NCBI GenBank assembly: GCA_018675685.1
Contig: JABGXP010000002.1
Span: 14,367-78,366 of the forward strand
Direction: 5' to 3'
Origin: a bacterium
GTDB lineage: Bacteria; Patescibacteriota; Minisyncoccia; Moranbacterales; DUUL01
Length of the DNA: 64,000 bases
The translations under genes and the position numbers were made by a program. Every line of letters begins with the position of its first letter. The stretch's first letter is position 1. This document shows positions 9,875 through 19,195 of this stretch, in pieces. The notes beneath the pieces were generated by a model. The model did not search any database and had not been told where the DNA came from. It worked only from the letters and a program-made list of their open reading frames with translations.

Positions 9875-10391
9875 TTTTCTTCCGACGGAAAGAAGAGAAG
9901 AAATTAAAAATTTAAAGTACATAGGAGTTGTTATGCGAGTTGGCGTAATGGCAGTTTTAGCATTGTGTGTTTTTGTTACCTTTCTTGGACTCATTAGATA
10001 CACGATTAATATCGAGAAGGATTTTGTTGAAAGTGAGATTTTGCGTTTTGAAAATAGTAAGGAGTATCAACAAACTAAAGTCGCCCAAGACTCCCTTCGT
10101 GAATATAGTTATAGCGCCAAGACTATTAAAAGTGGGCTTAAGCAAAAAAGGAACTTCACAGGACTTATTTCCCAGATAAGTGAAATGATTCCAGACGGTA
10201 TCATTTTAAATAAACTATCGGTGGATAATAAGAATGTTGTTTTGAGCGGGGTGGCGCTTGAGAGAAAAAGTTTATTAATATTAGAACAGCGATTAATGGA
10301 GGATCAAAGATTTAAAAGCGTTGATTCACCAATTTCAAATTTTGTATCTGAGACAAATGCAGAGTTTTCTTTTAAGATGGAGTTAAAATAA
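9858..10391 (+). CDS. pilN: PilN-like protein (copy 1)
   Basis: N-terminal INFLP motif, TM, coiled coil, IPDGIILNKL; follows pilM. Confidence 0.85.
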   Translation: MNISINFLPTERREEIKNLKYIGVVMRVGVMAVLALCVFVTFLGLIRYTINIEKDFVESEILRFENSKEYQQTKVAQDSLREYSYSAKTIKSGLKQKRNFTGLISQISEMIPDGIILNKLSVDNKNVVLSGVALERKSLLILEQRLMEDQRFKSVDSPISNFVSETNAEFSFKMELK

Positions 10392-10406
10392 TTTTTCGAA
10401 AATTAG

Positions 10407-11063
10407 ATGAAGAAGAACAGTGTTAAAAAAAGTAAGCAAGTTCTCATAATATCAATCTTGATTAGTATCGCCCTAGCTGCTTCTTTGATATTTTTTATAA
10501 TACAACCGATAGTAAAGGGTGTCTATCAAACAAGGGATGTTTTTGAAGAGGATAAGATTATGTTTGATGCAATCAGAAGTGACGCTGCCCAATCTCATGT
10601 TTTCGTTGAGTTGGTTGAAAATCTTGGGAAAGACCAGAGTCTTGTTGAGAATGCATTGATAAAAAAAGAATCAGTGGTGATTTTTATTCAGGACATAGAA
10701 CAGATTACTAGAGATGTTGGAAATGAAATTAGTATATCTCAACTCTCTGTATTAAGAGCAAAAAAAGCTTCCAGTGATGGAACGGAAGAGCAAGAGAATG
10801 CACGTTTGGAGGAATTGGAAAAAGAAAAAAGAAAAGTTCGCCTAGCATTAGAGGTTAGGGGCAACTATAAGCAGTTCTCTGAGTTTCTATACAAACTTGA
10901 AAATATGACATATGTTTTTCAAATTGAATCAATTAGTGTTGGGAACTCCTCAGATAGATTCAGTAGCTCCCTAAGAGCAACAGAGGAAGTGCCAATTGAT
11001 TTTACGATAAGTCAAATTATACTTTCATTCACTCCTAAAAATGATAGCAAAGAAAACAAATGA
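10407..11063 (+). CDS. pilO: PilO-like protein (copy 1)
   Basis: TM, coiled coil, VRGNYKQFSEFLYKLEN PilO-type motif. Confidence 0.75.
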   Translation: MKKNSVKKSKQVLIISILISIALAASLIFFIIQPIVKGVYQTRDVFEEDKIMFDAIRSDAAQSHVFVELVENLGKDQSLVENALIKKESVVIFIQDIEQITRDVGNEISISQLSVLRAKKASSDGTEEQENARLEELEKEKRKVRLALEVRGNYKQFSEFLYKLENMTYVFQIESISVGNSSDRFSSSLRATEEVPIDFTISQIILSFTPKNDSKENK

Positions 11064-11572
11064 TCCAGAAAAAAAATATTCTCAAAATAGCCAAAAATAG
11101 CCTATTCAACTTTCTTAGATTCTTAGGAACAAAAACTTGGTTTTTTACTGTTTTGTTTTTTGGGGCAGTATTGGCGGTATCTATTTGGATTTGGTGGCAA
11201 TGTGTTTACCAGCCGAAGCCATCAATGGCTGTGATGGAGAAAATTGAGAGAGAACGAGAGGATTTTGATGGTATGAAAAAAAACACAATGGAAGCCATTA
11301 CTCTTTTGCAGGAGTATCGAAATAATTACAACAATGCTCCTAAGTTTGAAAACCAAAGAGAGCTGTTTATTGACCTTTTAGATGAAAGCGTAATTGAGGA
11401 GATTAATAAAAAAGATGATGTGATTATCAAAAAAGAGGAAAATATTTTGCCAGAAGGGATAGAGGAGCAACAAGAAATTCAAGCAGAAGAAGTGGAAGTA
11501 GAGACTGAAACACCGAGTGATCAAAGTGAAAATAATTCATTGAAGGATGTAATTCTTAATATAGGTAATTAG
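11060..11572 (+). CDS. hypothetical membrane protein at the end of the pilMNO operon
   Basis: Single TM, coiled coil, acidic tail; overlaps the pilO stop codon. Confidence 0.65.
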   Translation: MIQKKNILKIAKNSLFNFLRFLGTKTWFFTVLFFGAVLAVSIWIWWQCVYQPKPSMAVMEKIEREREDFDGMKKNTMEAITLLQEYRNNYNNAPKFENQRELFIDLLDESVIEEINKKDDVIIKKEENILPEGIEEQQEIQAEEVEVETETPSDQSENNSLKDVILNIGN

Positions 11573-11617
11573 TTTTCAAAGTCCTTAAGAAAGAGGTTTT
11601 TACTTTAACTAAAACCT

Positions 11618-11646
11618 TTGACTATTGGATTTTTTTCTGTTATCCT
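11618..11646 (+). promoter_or_regulatory. promoter of tRNA-Arg
   Basis: TTGACT, 17 bp spacer, TGtTATCCT (extended -10). Confidence 0.5.
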
Positions 11647-11687
11647 TGGCAAAGGTTTTCAAATTCAAAAGTTTAGAAAATCATTTT

Positions 11688-11761
11688 GTCCTGGTAGCTC
11701 AGTTGGATAGAGCAATGGACTTCTAATCCATAGGTCGGGGGTTCGAATCCCTCCCAGGACA
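11688..11761 (+). tRNA. tRNA-Arg(TCT)
   Basis: Acceptor GTCCTGG/CCAGGAC, anticodon arm ATGGA-ctTCTaa-TCCAT, T-loop GTTCGAATC; CCA not encoded. Confidence 0.95.
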
Positions 11762-11762
11762 C

Positions 11763-11808
11763 ATATAAAAAAATACCTAGAAGATATCTTCTAGGTATTT
11801 TTTTATAT
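11763..11808. terminator. perfect 46-bp palindrome, likely bidirectional terminator between tRNA-Arg and ychF
   Basis: atataaaaaaatacctagaagat|atcttctaggtatttttttatat with A/T tracts on both sides. Confidence 0.75.
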
Positions 11809-11859
11809 CCTTTGAGTGACTTGCAATGAGTGCTAACAGATCCGAGCGAGAGGGCGAGT

Positions 11860-12921
11860 TTAAATTAAAAATTCAACAACATCGCCATCTTGTACGATAT
11901 AATCCTTGCCTTCCGTTCGTAAAAGTCCAGTCTCTCTTGCTTTCACCTTAGAACCAACTCTCATAAGATCTTCAAATGCAATAATCTCTGCACGAATAAA
12001 TTTTTCTTCGAAATCACCATGAATTGCACGACCAGCTCGGGGGGCAGTGGAATTTTTTGGAATTGTCCAAGCTCTTGTTTCCATTTCTCCAGTTGTGAGA
12101 TATGTCATAAGTCCAAGCATGCCATAACTCTTTGTGATAAGCTCGGAAAGCTCTGACTTCAACTCTAGTTCCTTGATGTCTTCATCAGTGAGCTCCAGAA
12201 TATCTTCCTCTGTTTTGATATCCAATGCGACAAAATTTTCAATTTCTGCGAGGGCATACTTTTTGATTTCAGCTGAGATGTTTTTTGGGTTGCTAGTATT
12301 GAAAACATAAAGAATCGGTTTGGAACTTAGTAGATGGAGGTCTGAAATTAAACTAGCATCTTTTCCTAAACTTGAAATAAAGGAATGAACCTTATCTAAA
12401 TTATTTTCATCTAAGATATCTTTTAGTTTCGAGACAATATTTTTTTGCTTAATAGCATCTTTATCGTTGCTTTTTGCTTGTCGTTCAAGGGCAGAAAGTC
12501 GCTTCTGCACAGTTTCCATATCAGCCAGGATAAGTTCGGTGTTGATAACCTCAATATCCCTCTTAGGATCAATATGGCCGTGCACATGAGTGATGTTTTC
12601 ACTCTCAAAAAGTCTAACAACTTCAACAATCGCATCCACTTCTCGAATGTTATGTAGAAATTTATTTCCAAGTCCTTGACCCTCCGCAGCACCTTTCACA
12701 AGTCCTGCGATATCAACAAATTCTGTTGTGGCATAGAGCAGTTTTTTGGATCCTGAAAGCTTTGAAAGTTCCTCAAGTCGCTTATCTGGAACTTCGACAA
12801 CTCCGATATTTGGTTCAATAGTGCAAAATGGATAATTATTAATGTCCACTTGAATGTTAGTTAGAGCCTTAAACAAGGTTGATTTTCCAATGTTTGGGAG
12901 TCCTACGATTCCAATTTTCAT
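11860..12921 (-). CDS. ychF: redox-regulated ATPase YchF
   Basis: GIVGLPNIGKSTLF, NYPFCTIEPN, FVDIAGLV, EGKDYIVQDGD. Confidence 0.97.
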   Translation of the reverse strand: MKIGIVGLPNIGKSTLFKALTNIQVDINNYPFCTIEPNIGVVEVPDKRLEELSKLSGSKKLLYATTEFVDIAGLVKGAAEGQGLGNKFLHNIREVDAIVEVVRLFESENITHVHGHIDPKRDIEVINTELILADMETVQKRLSALERQAKSNDKDAIKQKNIVSKLKDILDENNLDKVHSFISSLGKDASLISDLHLLSSKPILYVFNTSNPKNISAEIKKYALAEIENFVALDIKTEEDILELTDEDIKELELKSELSELITKSYGMLGLMTYLTTGEMETRAWTIPKNSTAPRAGRAIHGDFEEKFIRAEIIAFEDLMRVGSKVKARETGLLRTEGKDYIVQDGDVVEFLI

Positions 12922-13065
12922 ATTAAAGGGTAAAATTATTTAAAATGTCTGTAGCTATCATTGCGTGTCTTGTGGGAAATGTCAAATATGGTATAATAAT
13001 TCGAAGTTTAGCGGTATTTGTATTCAATACAAGTAATGGAAACGTACTTCAAAGGAGGTCTTGAG

Positions 13066-13170
13066 ATGACAGAATCAATAGACAGAAAAAGGATCCCAAT
13101 AAAGTTTTATCAGGCAGTGCCTGTTTTTATTTACAAACTTGTATTTATAGGTGTGATATACTTGCATTAA
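13066..13170 (+). CDS. putative 34-aa small peptide (MTESIDRKRIPIKFYQAVPVFIYKLVFIGVIYLH)
   Basis: Strong SD AAAGGAGGT at 13051, ATG 13066, TAA 13168-13170; below the ORF-track cutoff. Confidence 0.4.
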   Translation: MTESIDRKRIPIKFYQAVPVFIYKLVFIGVIYLH

Positions 13171-13194
13171 GAGGTTAATTTTTTAAAGAATAAT

Positions 13195-13995
13195 ATGGAG
13201 GAGAGAAAGGAATTTTTAAGGAAAATTGTTCGTGAGGCAGGGAGTATCGTTTTGGAAAAGTTTGAGAACTCAGCAATCGAATATACGAAAGATGATAAAT
13301 TGGATCTAGTTACTGATGCTGACTTAGCATCCAATAATTTTATTGTGAGGAAAATCAAAAAAACTTTTCCTAACGATGGAATTATTTCAGAAGAATTAGA
13401 TAATGAAGAATGTGATGGGAGATATACATGGGTGATTGATCCGCTTGATGGAACAATTAATTTTGCTACCGGGATCCCAATTTTTGTAGTAATGATCGCC
13501 CTAATGAAGGAAGGGGAGGTCCAGATGTCCGCGATCTTTGATCCTGTATATAACAAATTTGCTTTTGCAAAGAAAGGCGAAGGTGCTTTTGTGAATGATG
13601 TTAAGATTCAATGTTCCAAAGAGGAGAAAATGACAAGTTCACGTGGAATAATGAGTTCCGTTGTTTTGGCTCAAGAAATTTGCTTACGAGAAAAAGTGAT
13701 TAAAAAAGGTGAAGCTGTGAATACTCGTATGGGGGTAAACGCCTTTGGTTGTGCTGGTTTTAATGCAATATGTGTGGCAGAGGGAAAAAGGGAGTGGATT
13801 GTAGGCTTCAATACAAAACTGTGGGATATTGCGCCTTCTGTGCTATTGTTAGCAGAAGCTGGATGTAAAGTTACAAATCATGCCGGAGAAGAGTGGCGAC
13901 CTGGGATGGCGATGGTTGCAGCAAATAAGGAATTACACAAGGAGCTTGTGGAGTTAACAAAAGGATGCGATTCTTTAAGTCACTCAGTACATTGA
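13195..13995 (+). CDS. suhB: inositol monophosphatase family protein (SuhB-like)
   Basis: DLVTDAD, ISEE, WVIDPLDGTINF, LWDIAPS. Confidence 0.9.
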   Translation: MEERKEFLRKIVREAGSIVLEKFENSAIEYTKDDKLDLVTDADLASNNFIVRKIKKTFPNDGIISEELDNEECDGRYTWVIDPLDGTINFATGIPIFVVMIALMKEGEVQMSAIFDPVYNKFAFAKKGEGAFVNDVKIQCSKEEKMTSSRGIMSSVVLAQEICLREKVIKKGEAVNTRMGVNAFGCAGFNAICVAEGKREWIVGFNTKLWDIAPSVLLLAEAGCKVTNHAGEEWRPGMAMVAANKELHKELVELTKGCDSLSHSVH

Positions 13996-14058
13996 GTTAT
14001 CTTCTTTAAGGTGATAGCATTGTTTAGTTGATTTGAGTAAAAGTAAAACACTTGGAAT

Positions 14059-15297
14059 ATGAAAGTTAAAAAACCAGAATTGCTTGCACCAGCAGGAAAC
14101 TTAGCAAAAATGAATACTGCTTTTACATTTGGAGCAGATGCGGTATATTTTGGTATTCCAAATTTCTCGCTTAGAGTAAGAATAAATCAATTTGATGAAA
14201 AGTCGATTCTAGAGGCCGCCAAGTATTGTCGGAAAAAAAGAAAAAAATTCTATATAACTTTAAATATCTATGCCCATAATGAGCATTTGAAAAAACTTCC
14301 TAAGCATTTAAAATTTGTTAAAGAAATCGCACCTGATGCCATTATTATTTCAGATCCAGGTGTTTTACAAGTTGTGAAAAAAGAATTGCCGGATACACCA
14401 ATTCATATTTCAACACAAGCAAATGTGACAAATGTGGAAGCTGTTAAGTTTTGGCAAGCACAGGGAGCAGAGCGCATCATCCTAGCAAGAGAAGTCACAC
14501 TTAAGGAGGTTAGAGAGATTAAAAAAGAGGTTCCAGGAATGGAGTTGGAATGCTTCGTACATGGTGCGATGTGCATGTCATATAGTGGTCGCTGTATTCT
14601 TTCGAAATGGATGACAAATAGAAGTGCTAATCTCGGAGATTGCAGCCAACCTTGTCGTTGGAAATATAAAACAGTAAGCAAAAGAATCGAAGTTGTTGAC
14701 GATAAAGATCGCTTTAATATAAAAATAGAAGAAGATCAGCACGGAACATATCTTTTTAATAGTTACGACATGTGTTTGATCGAGCATGTAGCTGAACTGA
14801 TTGAGGCTGGCATTGACTCAGTGAAAATTGAAGGACGAGCAAAGAGTGTTTTTTATGTGGGAGTTGTTTCTCGCGCATATAGAAAAGTTATCAATGCTTA
14901 CTATGAGGGTGAAAATGAGTATCAAAAAGAGATTGAACTTGCAAAAAAAGAATTGTATAAACTTGCCAACAGAGGTTACGGAAAAGGTTTTTTGCTAGGA
15001 GAGGATCCTGATCATTTGTTTAACGACTCAGCGGTTGCTGCTAGTTGGGAATTTGCTGGAATTTGTGAAGACCAAGAAAGTAGCAATATGAGAAGGGTAT
15101 TCATACATAACCGCTTGAGAACAGAGGATGAAATTGAAATCATCACTCCCAACGAAGTAATTAGCGTGAAAGCTTTGAATATAAAAAATAATAAAAAGGA
15201 GGAGATTGACTCAGCTCATGGAGGGAAAAATGAATTTTTTCTTGTTGAATTTAACAAAGAAATCAAGGGACCTTTTTTGCTTAGAGTGAAAATATAA
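14059..15297 (+). CDS. U32 family peptidase (TrhP/YegQ-like tRNA hydroxylation protein)
   Basis: PELLAPAG, HISTQAN, FVHGAMCMSYSGRC, CSQPCRW, KIEGR. Confidence 0.9.
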   Translation: MKVKKPELLAPAGNLAKMNTAFTFGADAVYFGIPNFSLRVRINQFDEKSILEAAKYCRKKRKKFYITLNIYAHNEHLKKLPKHLKFVKEIAPDAIIISDPGVLQVVKKELPDTPIHISTQANVTNVEAVKFWQAQGAERIILAREVTLKEVREIKKEVPGMELECFVHGAMCMSYSGRCILSKWMTNRSANLGDCSQPCRWKYKTVSKRIEVVDDKDRFNIKIEEDQHGTYLFNSYDMCLIEHVAELIEAGIDSVKIEGRAKSVFYVGVVSRAYRKVINAYYEGENEYQKEIELAKKELYKLANRGYGKGFLLGEDPDHLFNDSAVAASWEFAGICEDQESSNMRRVFIHNRLRTEDEIEIITPNEVISVKALNIKNNKKEEIDSAHGGKNEFFLVEFNKEIKGPFLLRVKI

Positions 15298-15415
15298 AGA
15301 AGTCTAATAGAAGCATTTTTTGTTGGTGTTTGCTGACATTTTTCGGTTGACCAAAAGGAAAAACATTGCTAGGATTAGGAACTTATAAAGAATTAAAAGA
15401 GTAAGAAAAAAGGCT

Positions 15416-16162
15416 ATGTATTTCACTCACTTGCAAAAGGCTAAGATCATTCTAGTTTTAAATTTTATAGTCTTATGCTGCATTATTATATTGACTCCAT
15501 TTTTTATTAAAAATGGAACTGTTTTGCTTTCAGAAGAAGCCGTGGAGGGCGTGTTTCTAACAATAGAACTCTTTGCTCTTATCGTTGTTTTTCGTCATTA
15601 TGATTCACAGAACAAAAGATACGAAGATGAAACAACGACATTGAATACAAAATTAGAGAAAAAGGAAAAAGAATTATTGAATGCATTGGAATATCTAGGT
15701 AAAGTCAACGTTCAAGTCTCAATGATTAAATCAATTTTCGAGAAAATGAAAGTTCCTTCTACAAAGAGTCAACTAATCGAAGTATATTCAGAGCTCTTGC
15801 GAATTGTTTGTGGAATGACCGATGAATCATACGCTACGCTTCGAATTGTAAACTTGCAAAATGGTAGAATGCTGAGCGAACACGTCGAGAGAGTCAGTAG
15901 CACTAAAGGAAAGGAGCTCAAAAATATAATTGGGAATAAAGAGTTAGTAGAGAGGTTTATAAAAAGAGATAAGAATAATAAGGGCGAATTTGCGACTTTT
16001 TTCTCTGATGTGGAAAATTTTTATGTAAAAGCTTTTATTACCATCCCAAACTCTAAAAGGAAAAAATTTCAGCAAGAGGAGCGTGCTTTTCTGGAGGCTG
16101 TAGCTAATCAATGTGAAATTGTTTTTTTATTATTTAATTCAAGATATTACAAAAATAAATAA
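15416..16162 (+). CDS. hypothetical protein: 2 TM, coiled coil, possible GAF-like domain
   Basis: Two N-terminal TM helices, coiled coil, C-terminal EERAFLEAVANQ helix reminiscent of GAF termini. Confidence 0.6.
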   Translation: MYFTHLQKAKIILVLNFIVLCCIIILTPFFIKNGTVLLSEEAVEGVFLTIELFALIVVFRHYDSQNKRYEDETTTLNTKLEKKEKELLNALEYLGKVNVQVSMIKSIFEKMKVPSTKSQLIEVYSELLRIVCGMTDESYATLRIVNLQNGRMLSEHVERVSSTKGKELKNIIGNKELVERFIKRDKNNKGEFATFFSDVENFYVKAFITIPNSKRKKFQQEERAFLEAVANQCEIVFLLFNSRYYKNK

Positions 16163-16241
16163 GCTAGTTATTTAAGGGTTGATTAAAATAGTTAAAAATA
16201 TTAAGCTTAATCTATGGAATATTAATAATAATAAAAAATAG

Positions 16242-17039
16242 ATGAAAGGTATAATCCTTGCCGGTGGAACTGCAACAAGGTTGTTTCCACTTACGGCGAC
16301 TACAAGCAAACAACTTTTGCCAGTTTATGACAGGCAAATGATTTTTTTTCCGCTGAACACTTTGATTAAGGCTGGAATAAAAGATATTCTGATGATTGTC
16401 GCACCTGATCATTCAGGACAGTATTTGAATTTATTGGGTACAATTTTTGAGAAACATGGAATTAGAATTGAATTTAAAGTTCAGAAATTACCAAAAGGCT
16501 TAGCTGATGCATTCATAGTTGGGGAAAATTTCATTGGAACTGATAATGTAGCTATGATTTTAGGAGATAATATTTTTGAAAATGATTTTTCAAAAGAGAT
16601 TAAAGGTTTTAAGTCAGGAGGACACATCTTCGCTGTAAAGGTTCCAGATCCAGAGCGATATGGAGTTGTGAGGTTTGATGATGCAGGCAAGGTTCTTCAG
16701 ATTGAAGAAAAGCCGAAGGAATGGATTAGCGACTATGCAATACCAGGTCTTTATATTTATGATAATAGGTGTTGTGAGGCTGCTAAAAAGGTAATTCCTT
16801 CAGAGAGAGGAGAAATTGAAATCACTGAGCTTCATGACTTTTATTTTAAAAAAGAAGAATTAACCGTTAGCTCTTTCGAGGGTGCTTATCTAGACGCGGG
16901 AACATTTGATTCCTTACTAGAGGCAGGAAAAATTGTTAAAGAAAGAGGGATAAGTAGAAAATTTGATCCAATTATCAACGAGGCTATCGAAGAGTTCAAT
17001 GAAGAACTCAAAGTTATCGCCAGAAAAAGATTGGCTTAG
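16242..17039 (+). CDS. rmlA: glucose-1-phosphate thymidylyltransferase
   Basis: GIILAGGTATRLFP, SKQLLPVYD, ILGDNIF, RGEIEIT, DAGTFDSL. Confidence 0.9.
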   Translation: MKGIILAGGTATRLFPLTATTSKQLLPVYDRQMIFFPLNTLIKAGIKDILMIVAPDHSGQYLNLLGTIFEKHGIRIEFKVQKLPKGLADAFIVGENFIGTDNVAMILGDNIFENDFSKEIKGFKSGGHIFAVKVPDPERYGVVRFDDAGKVLQIEEKPKEWISDYAIPGLYIYDNRCCEAAKKVIPSERGEIEITELHDFYFKKEELTVSSFEGAYLDAGTFDSLLEAGKIVKERGISRKFDPIINEAIEEFNEELKVIARKRLA

Positions 17040-17093
17040 TTAGGATCTTGAGATATAATAAAAAGTATTGATTAAAAAATAATTGAGCAAAAA

Positions 17094-17957
17094 ATGAAAA
17101 TTAAAAAAGCTGTCATTGCTGTTGCTGGAAGCGGAACAAGACTTTTGCCTGCAACCAAGGCTATGCCCAAAGAGATGTTGCCTATTGTGGATAAACCGAT
17201 TATCCAACTTGTTGTAGAAGAGTTAGTAGAAGCTGGCATCGAGGATATTATCATGGTAACTAAATGGGATAAGAAGCCACTTGAAGATCATTTTGACCAT
17301 AGTTGGGCACTGGAAAATGACCTGGAAAAAGCAGGCAAAGATGACTATCTGAAAGAAGTGAAGCGAATTGCTGGAATGGCTAATTATATTTATATTCGAC
17401 AAGCTCCGCAATATGGAAATGGCGTTCCCGTCTTATCAGCTGCAAGCTTGGTTGATGATGAGCCTTTTGTTTTTGTTTGGGGAGATGATTTAGTGAAATC
17501 AGATATTTCTTTTACAAAACAAATGATTGAGGATTACGAGAAGAACGAGAATCTAATGATTGGAGTTCAAGAGGTTCCTGAGGACCAAGTTGATCGATAT
17601 GGAATTGTGAAACTAAAAGAAGGAACAATGCAAATGGTAGATGTTGTTGAAAAGCCAGCAATTGGGGAAGCGCCTTCAAGATTCGCTCAATTTGGAAGAA
17701 TGATTTTGAATCAAGAAATTATTGATGTATTGAAAAGAACTCCTCCAGGGAAAGGCAATGAAATCTGGATCACAGATGCAATCCAGACTTACATTAAAGA
17801 AGGAGGTAAATTTTTTGCAAAGAAAGTAGAAAATGGTGAGTGGCTTACAACAGGTGATCCATTGAATTATATGAAAGCCTCCTTAAAATATGCAGTTGAA
17901 AGAGATGACATCGGAGAGGAAATCAAAGAATTTTTTCAAAAAGAACTTTTAAAGTAA
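17094..17957 (+). CDS. galU: UTP-glucose-1-phosphate uridylyltransferase
   Basis: KAVIAVAGSGTRLLPATKAMPKEMLPIVDKP, VEKP. Confidence 0.93.
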   Translation: MKIKKAVIAVAGSGTRLLPATKAMPKEMLPIVDKPIIQLVVEELVEAGIEDIIMVTKWDKKPLEDHFDHSWALENDLEKAGKDDYLKEVKRIAGMANYIYIRQAPQYGNGVPVLSAASLVDDEPFVFVWGDDLVKSDISFTKQMIEDYEKNENLMIGVQEVPEDQVDRYGIVKLKEGTMQMVDVVEKPAIGEAPSRFAQFGRMILNQEIIDVLKRTPPGKGNEIWITDAIQTYIKEGGKFFAKKVENGEWLTTGDPLNYMKASLKYAVERDDIGEEIKEFFQKELLK

Positions 17958-17966
17958 TAATGGGAT

Positions 17967-17998
17967 AAAAAAACACTGGCGAAAGTCAGTGTTTTTTT
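17967..17998 (+). terminator. intrinsic terminator
   Basis: aaaaaaacactggc-gaaa-gtcagtgttttttt. Confidence 0.8.
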
Positions 17999-18064
17999 GA
18001 AAAACAACAGCATAGGTGCTACAATTAATCAAAACAATTTCTAAAATTTAAGCTTTTAATAAAA

Positions 18065-19153
18065 ATGTTTAATTTTGAAGGTGGTAGGTCAGAGTTTTTA
18101 GAAAATGAGCCATTTGAATATAGTCCTAGTCCAGAGGTTATAAACGAAGAAGAGGATAATTTAGGAGAGATGATTCGATTAGAGAAAAATGAGGTAAAAG
18201 AAAAATTTGCTGACATGATTGACTATGTTGGCAGGAGGTATGAATCTCCAGATTCAACTCTTTCTCAATCCGAAGAGCAACTAAAAGCGTTTAAAGAACA
18301 TAATGAGCAAATTTTAGATAAATGCATTGAACAGGGAATTAAAAGAGGTTTGAATGAAGATGAGTTGGCTAAATTAGAAGTGTCCGCAATTTTACATGAT
18401 TTAAGTAAAGGAGATACGCCACCAAAATGGGCAGCCGGTATTGGGAACTTCACTCTTGTGTATCATGGGGAATCTGCTGCTGAAGAGATTGGTTCCAATG
18501 AGAAATTACAACAACTCTTGAAGGATGAACTCGGAGAAGATGATCTAGAGGATAAAGTTGCACATATACAAAGAGCAATTCGTTCACATATGGGCCCTCA
18601 CCCAGGGTTTATGAGTGATGTGTTGGGTATGGTTAATGAGGAACTTAAAGAGAAAGGACTCGATCAGATTGAACATTCTCGTCCAAAGGAAGGTGACCAA
18701 GTTGCGGAGGTTCTTTTGGCTGCTGATATGTATTCCCTGGCAAGTTCAAAAGGCATCCGGAAGGTTATGGCGATTCGTAGCGCAGTTCCATTTTTTAAGC
18801 AACAAGATAAAGATTTAAGTACTGAATATGCGGAACTTGGGATAGAATTGAATCCTGGAGAAGCCGCTATTCTCAGCGCTTTTGATAGTGCGTACGCAGC
18901 ACGTGACATGATTCAAAACAACGATGACAAGGAGTGGATTCAGTCCACAATCGATAAGTCAGTTGAAAGCAAATATAGATATAATCCACTCGATGACGGG
19001 GATCGAAGAATATCTGGTCATGTGCCAGAGGGATGTGATCGTAGACAAACAGGAATAATGGTCTCAATTGAAGAGGCACAACAAAAAAGAAAGCAATTTG
19101 AAGATGCAAAAAAATCTCGTGAAGCCTTGGAAAAAATTCAAGAGATAGTGTAG
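18065..19153 (+). CDS. HD-domain protein
   Basis: H...AILHDLSK, YHG, RSHM, AADM metal-binding pattern. Confidence 0.75.
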   Translation: MFNFEGGRSEFLENEPFEYSPSPEVINEEEDNLGEMIRLEKNEVKEKFADMIDYVGRRYESPDSTLSQSEEQLKAFKEHNEQILDKCIEQGIKRGLNEDELAKLEVSAILHDLSKGDTPPKWAAGIGNFTLVYHGESAAEEIGSNEKLQQLLKDELGEDDLEDKVAHIQRAIRSHMGPHPGFMSDVLGMVNEELKEKGLDQIEHSRPKEGDQVAEVLLAADMYSLASSKGIRKVMAIRSAVPFFKQQDKDLSTEYAELGIELNPGEAAILSAFDSAYAARDMIQNNDDKEWIQSTIDKSVESKYRYNPLDDGDRRISGHVPEGCDRRQTGIMVSIEEAQQKRKQFEDAKKSREALEKIQEIV

Positions 19154-19161
19154 TATTTTTA

Positions 19162-19190
19162 TTGACAAAATCACAAACAAGTGCTATTGT
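19162..19190 (+). promoter_or_regulatory. promoter of rnpB
   Basis: TTGACA, 17 bp spacer, TGcTATTGT immediately upstream of the RNA 5' end. Confidence 0.7.
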
Positions 19191-19195
19191 TTGGA

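Noticed and set aside
11763-11808. 46-bp perfect palindrome as a novel element
   Set aside because: Its position between convergent transcripts and its flanking A/T tracts are explained by a bidirectional terminator.
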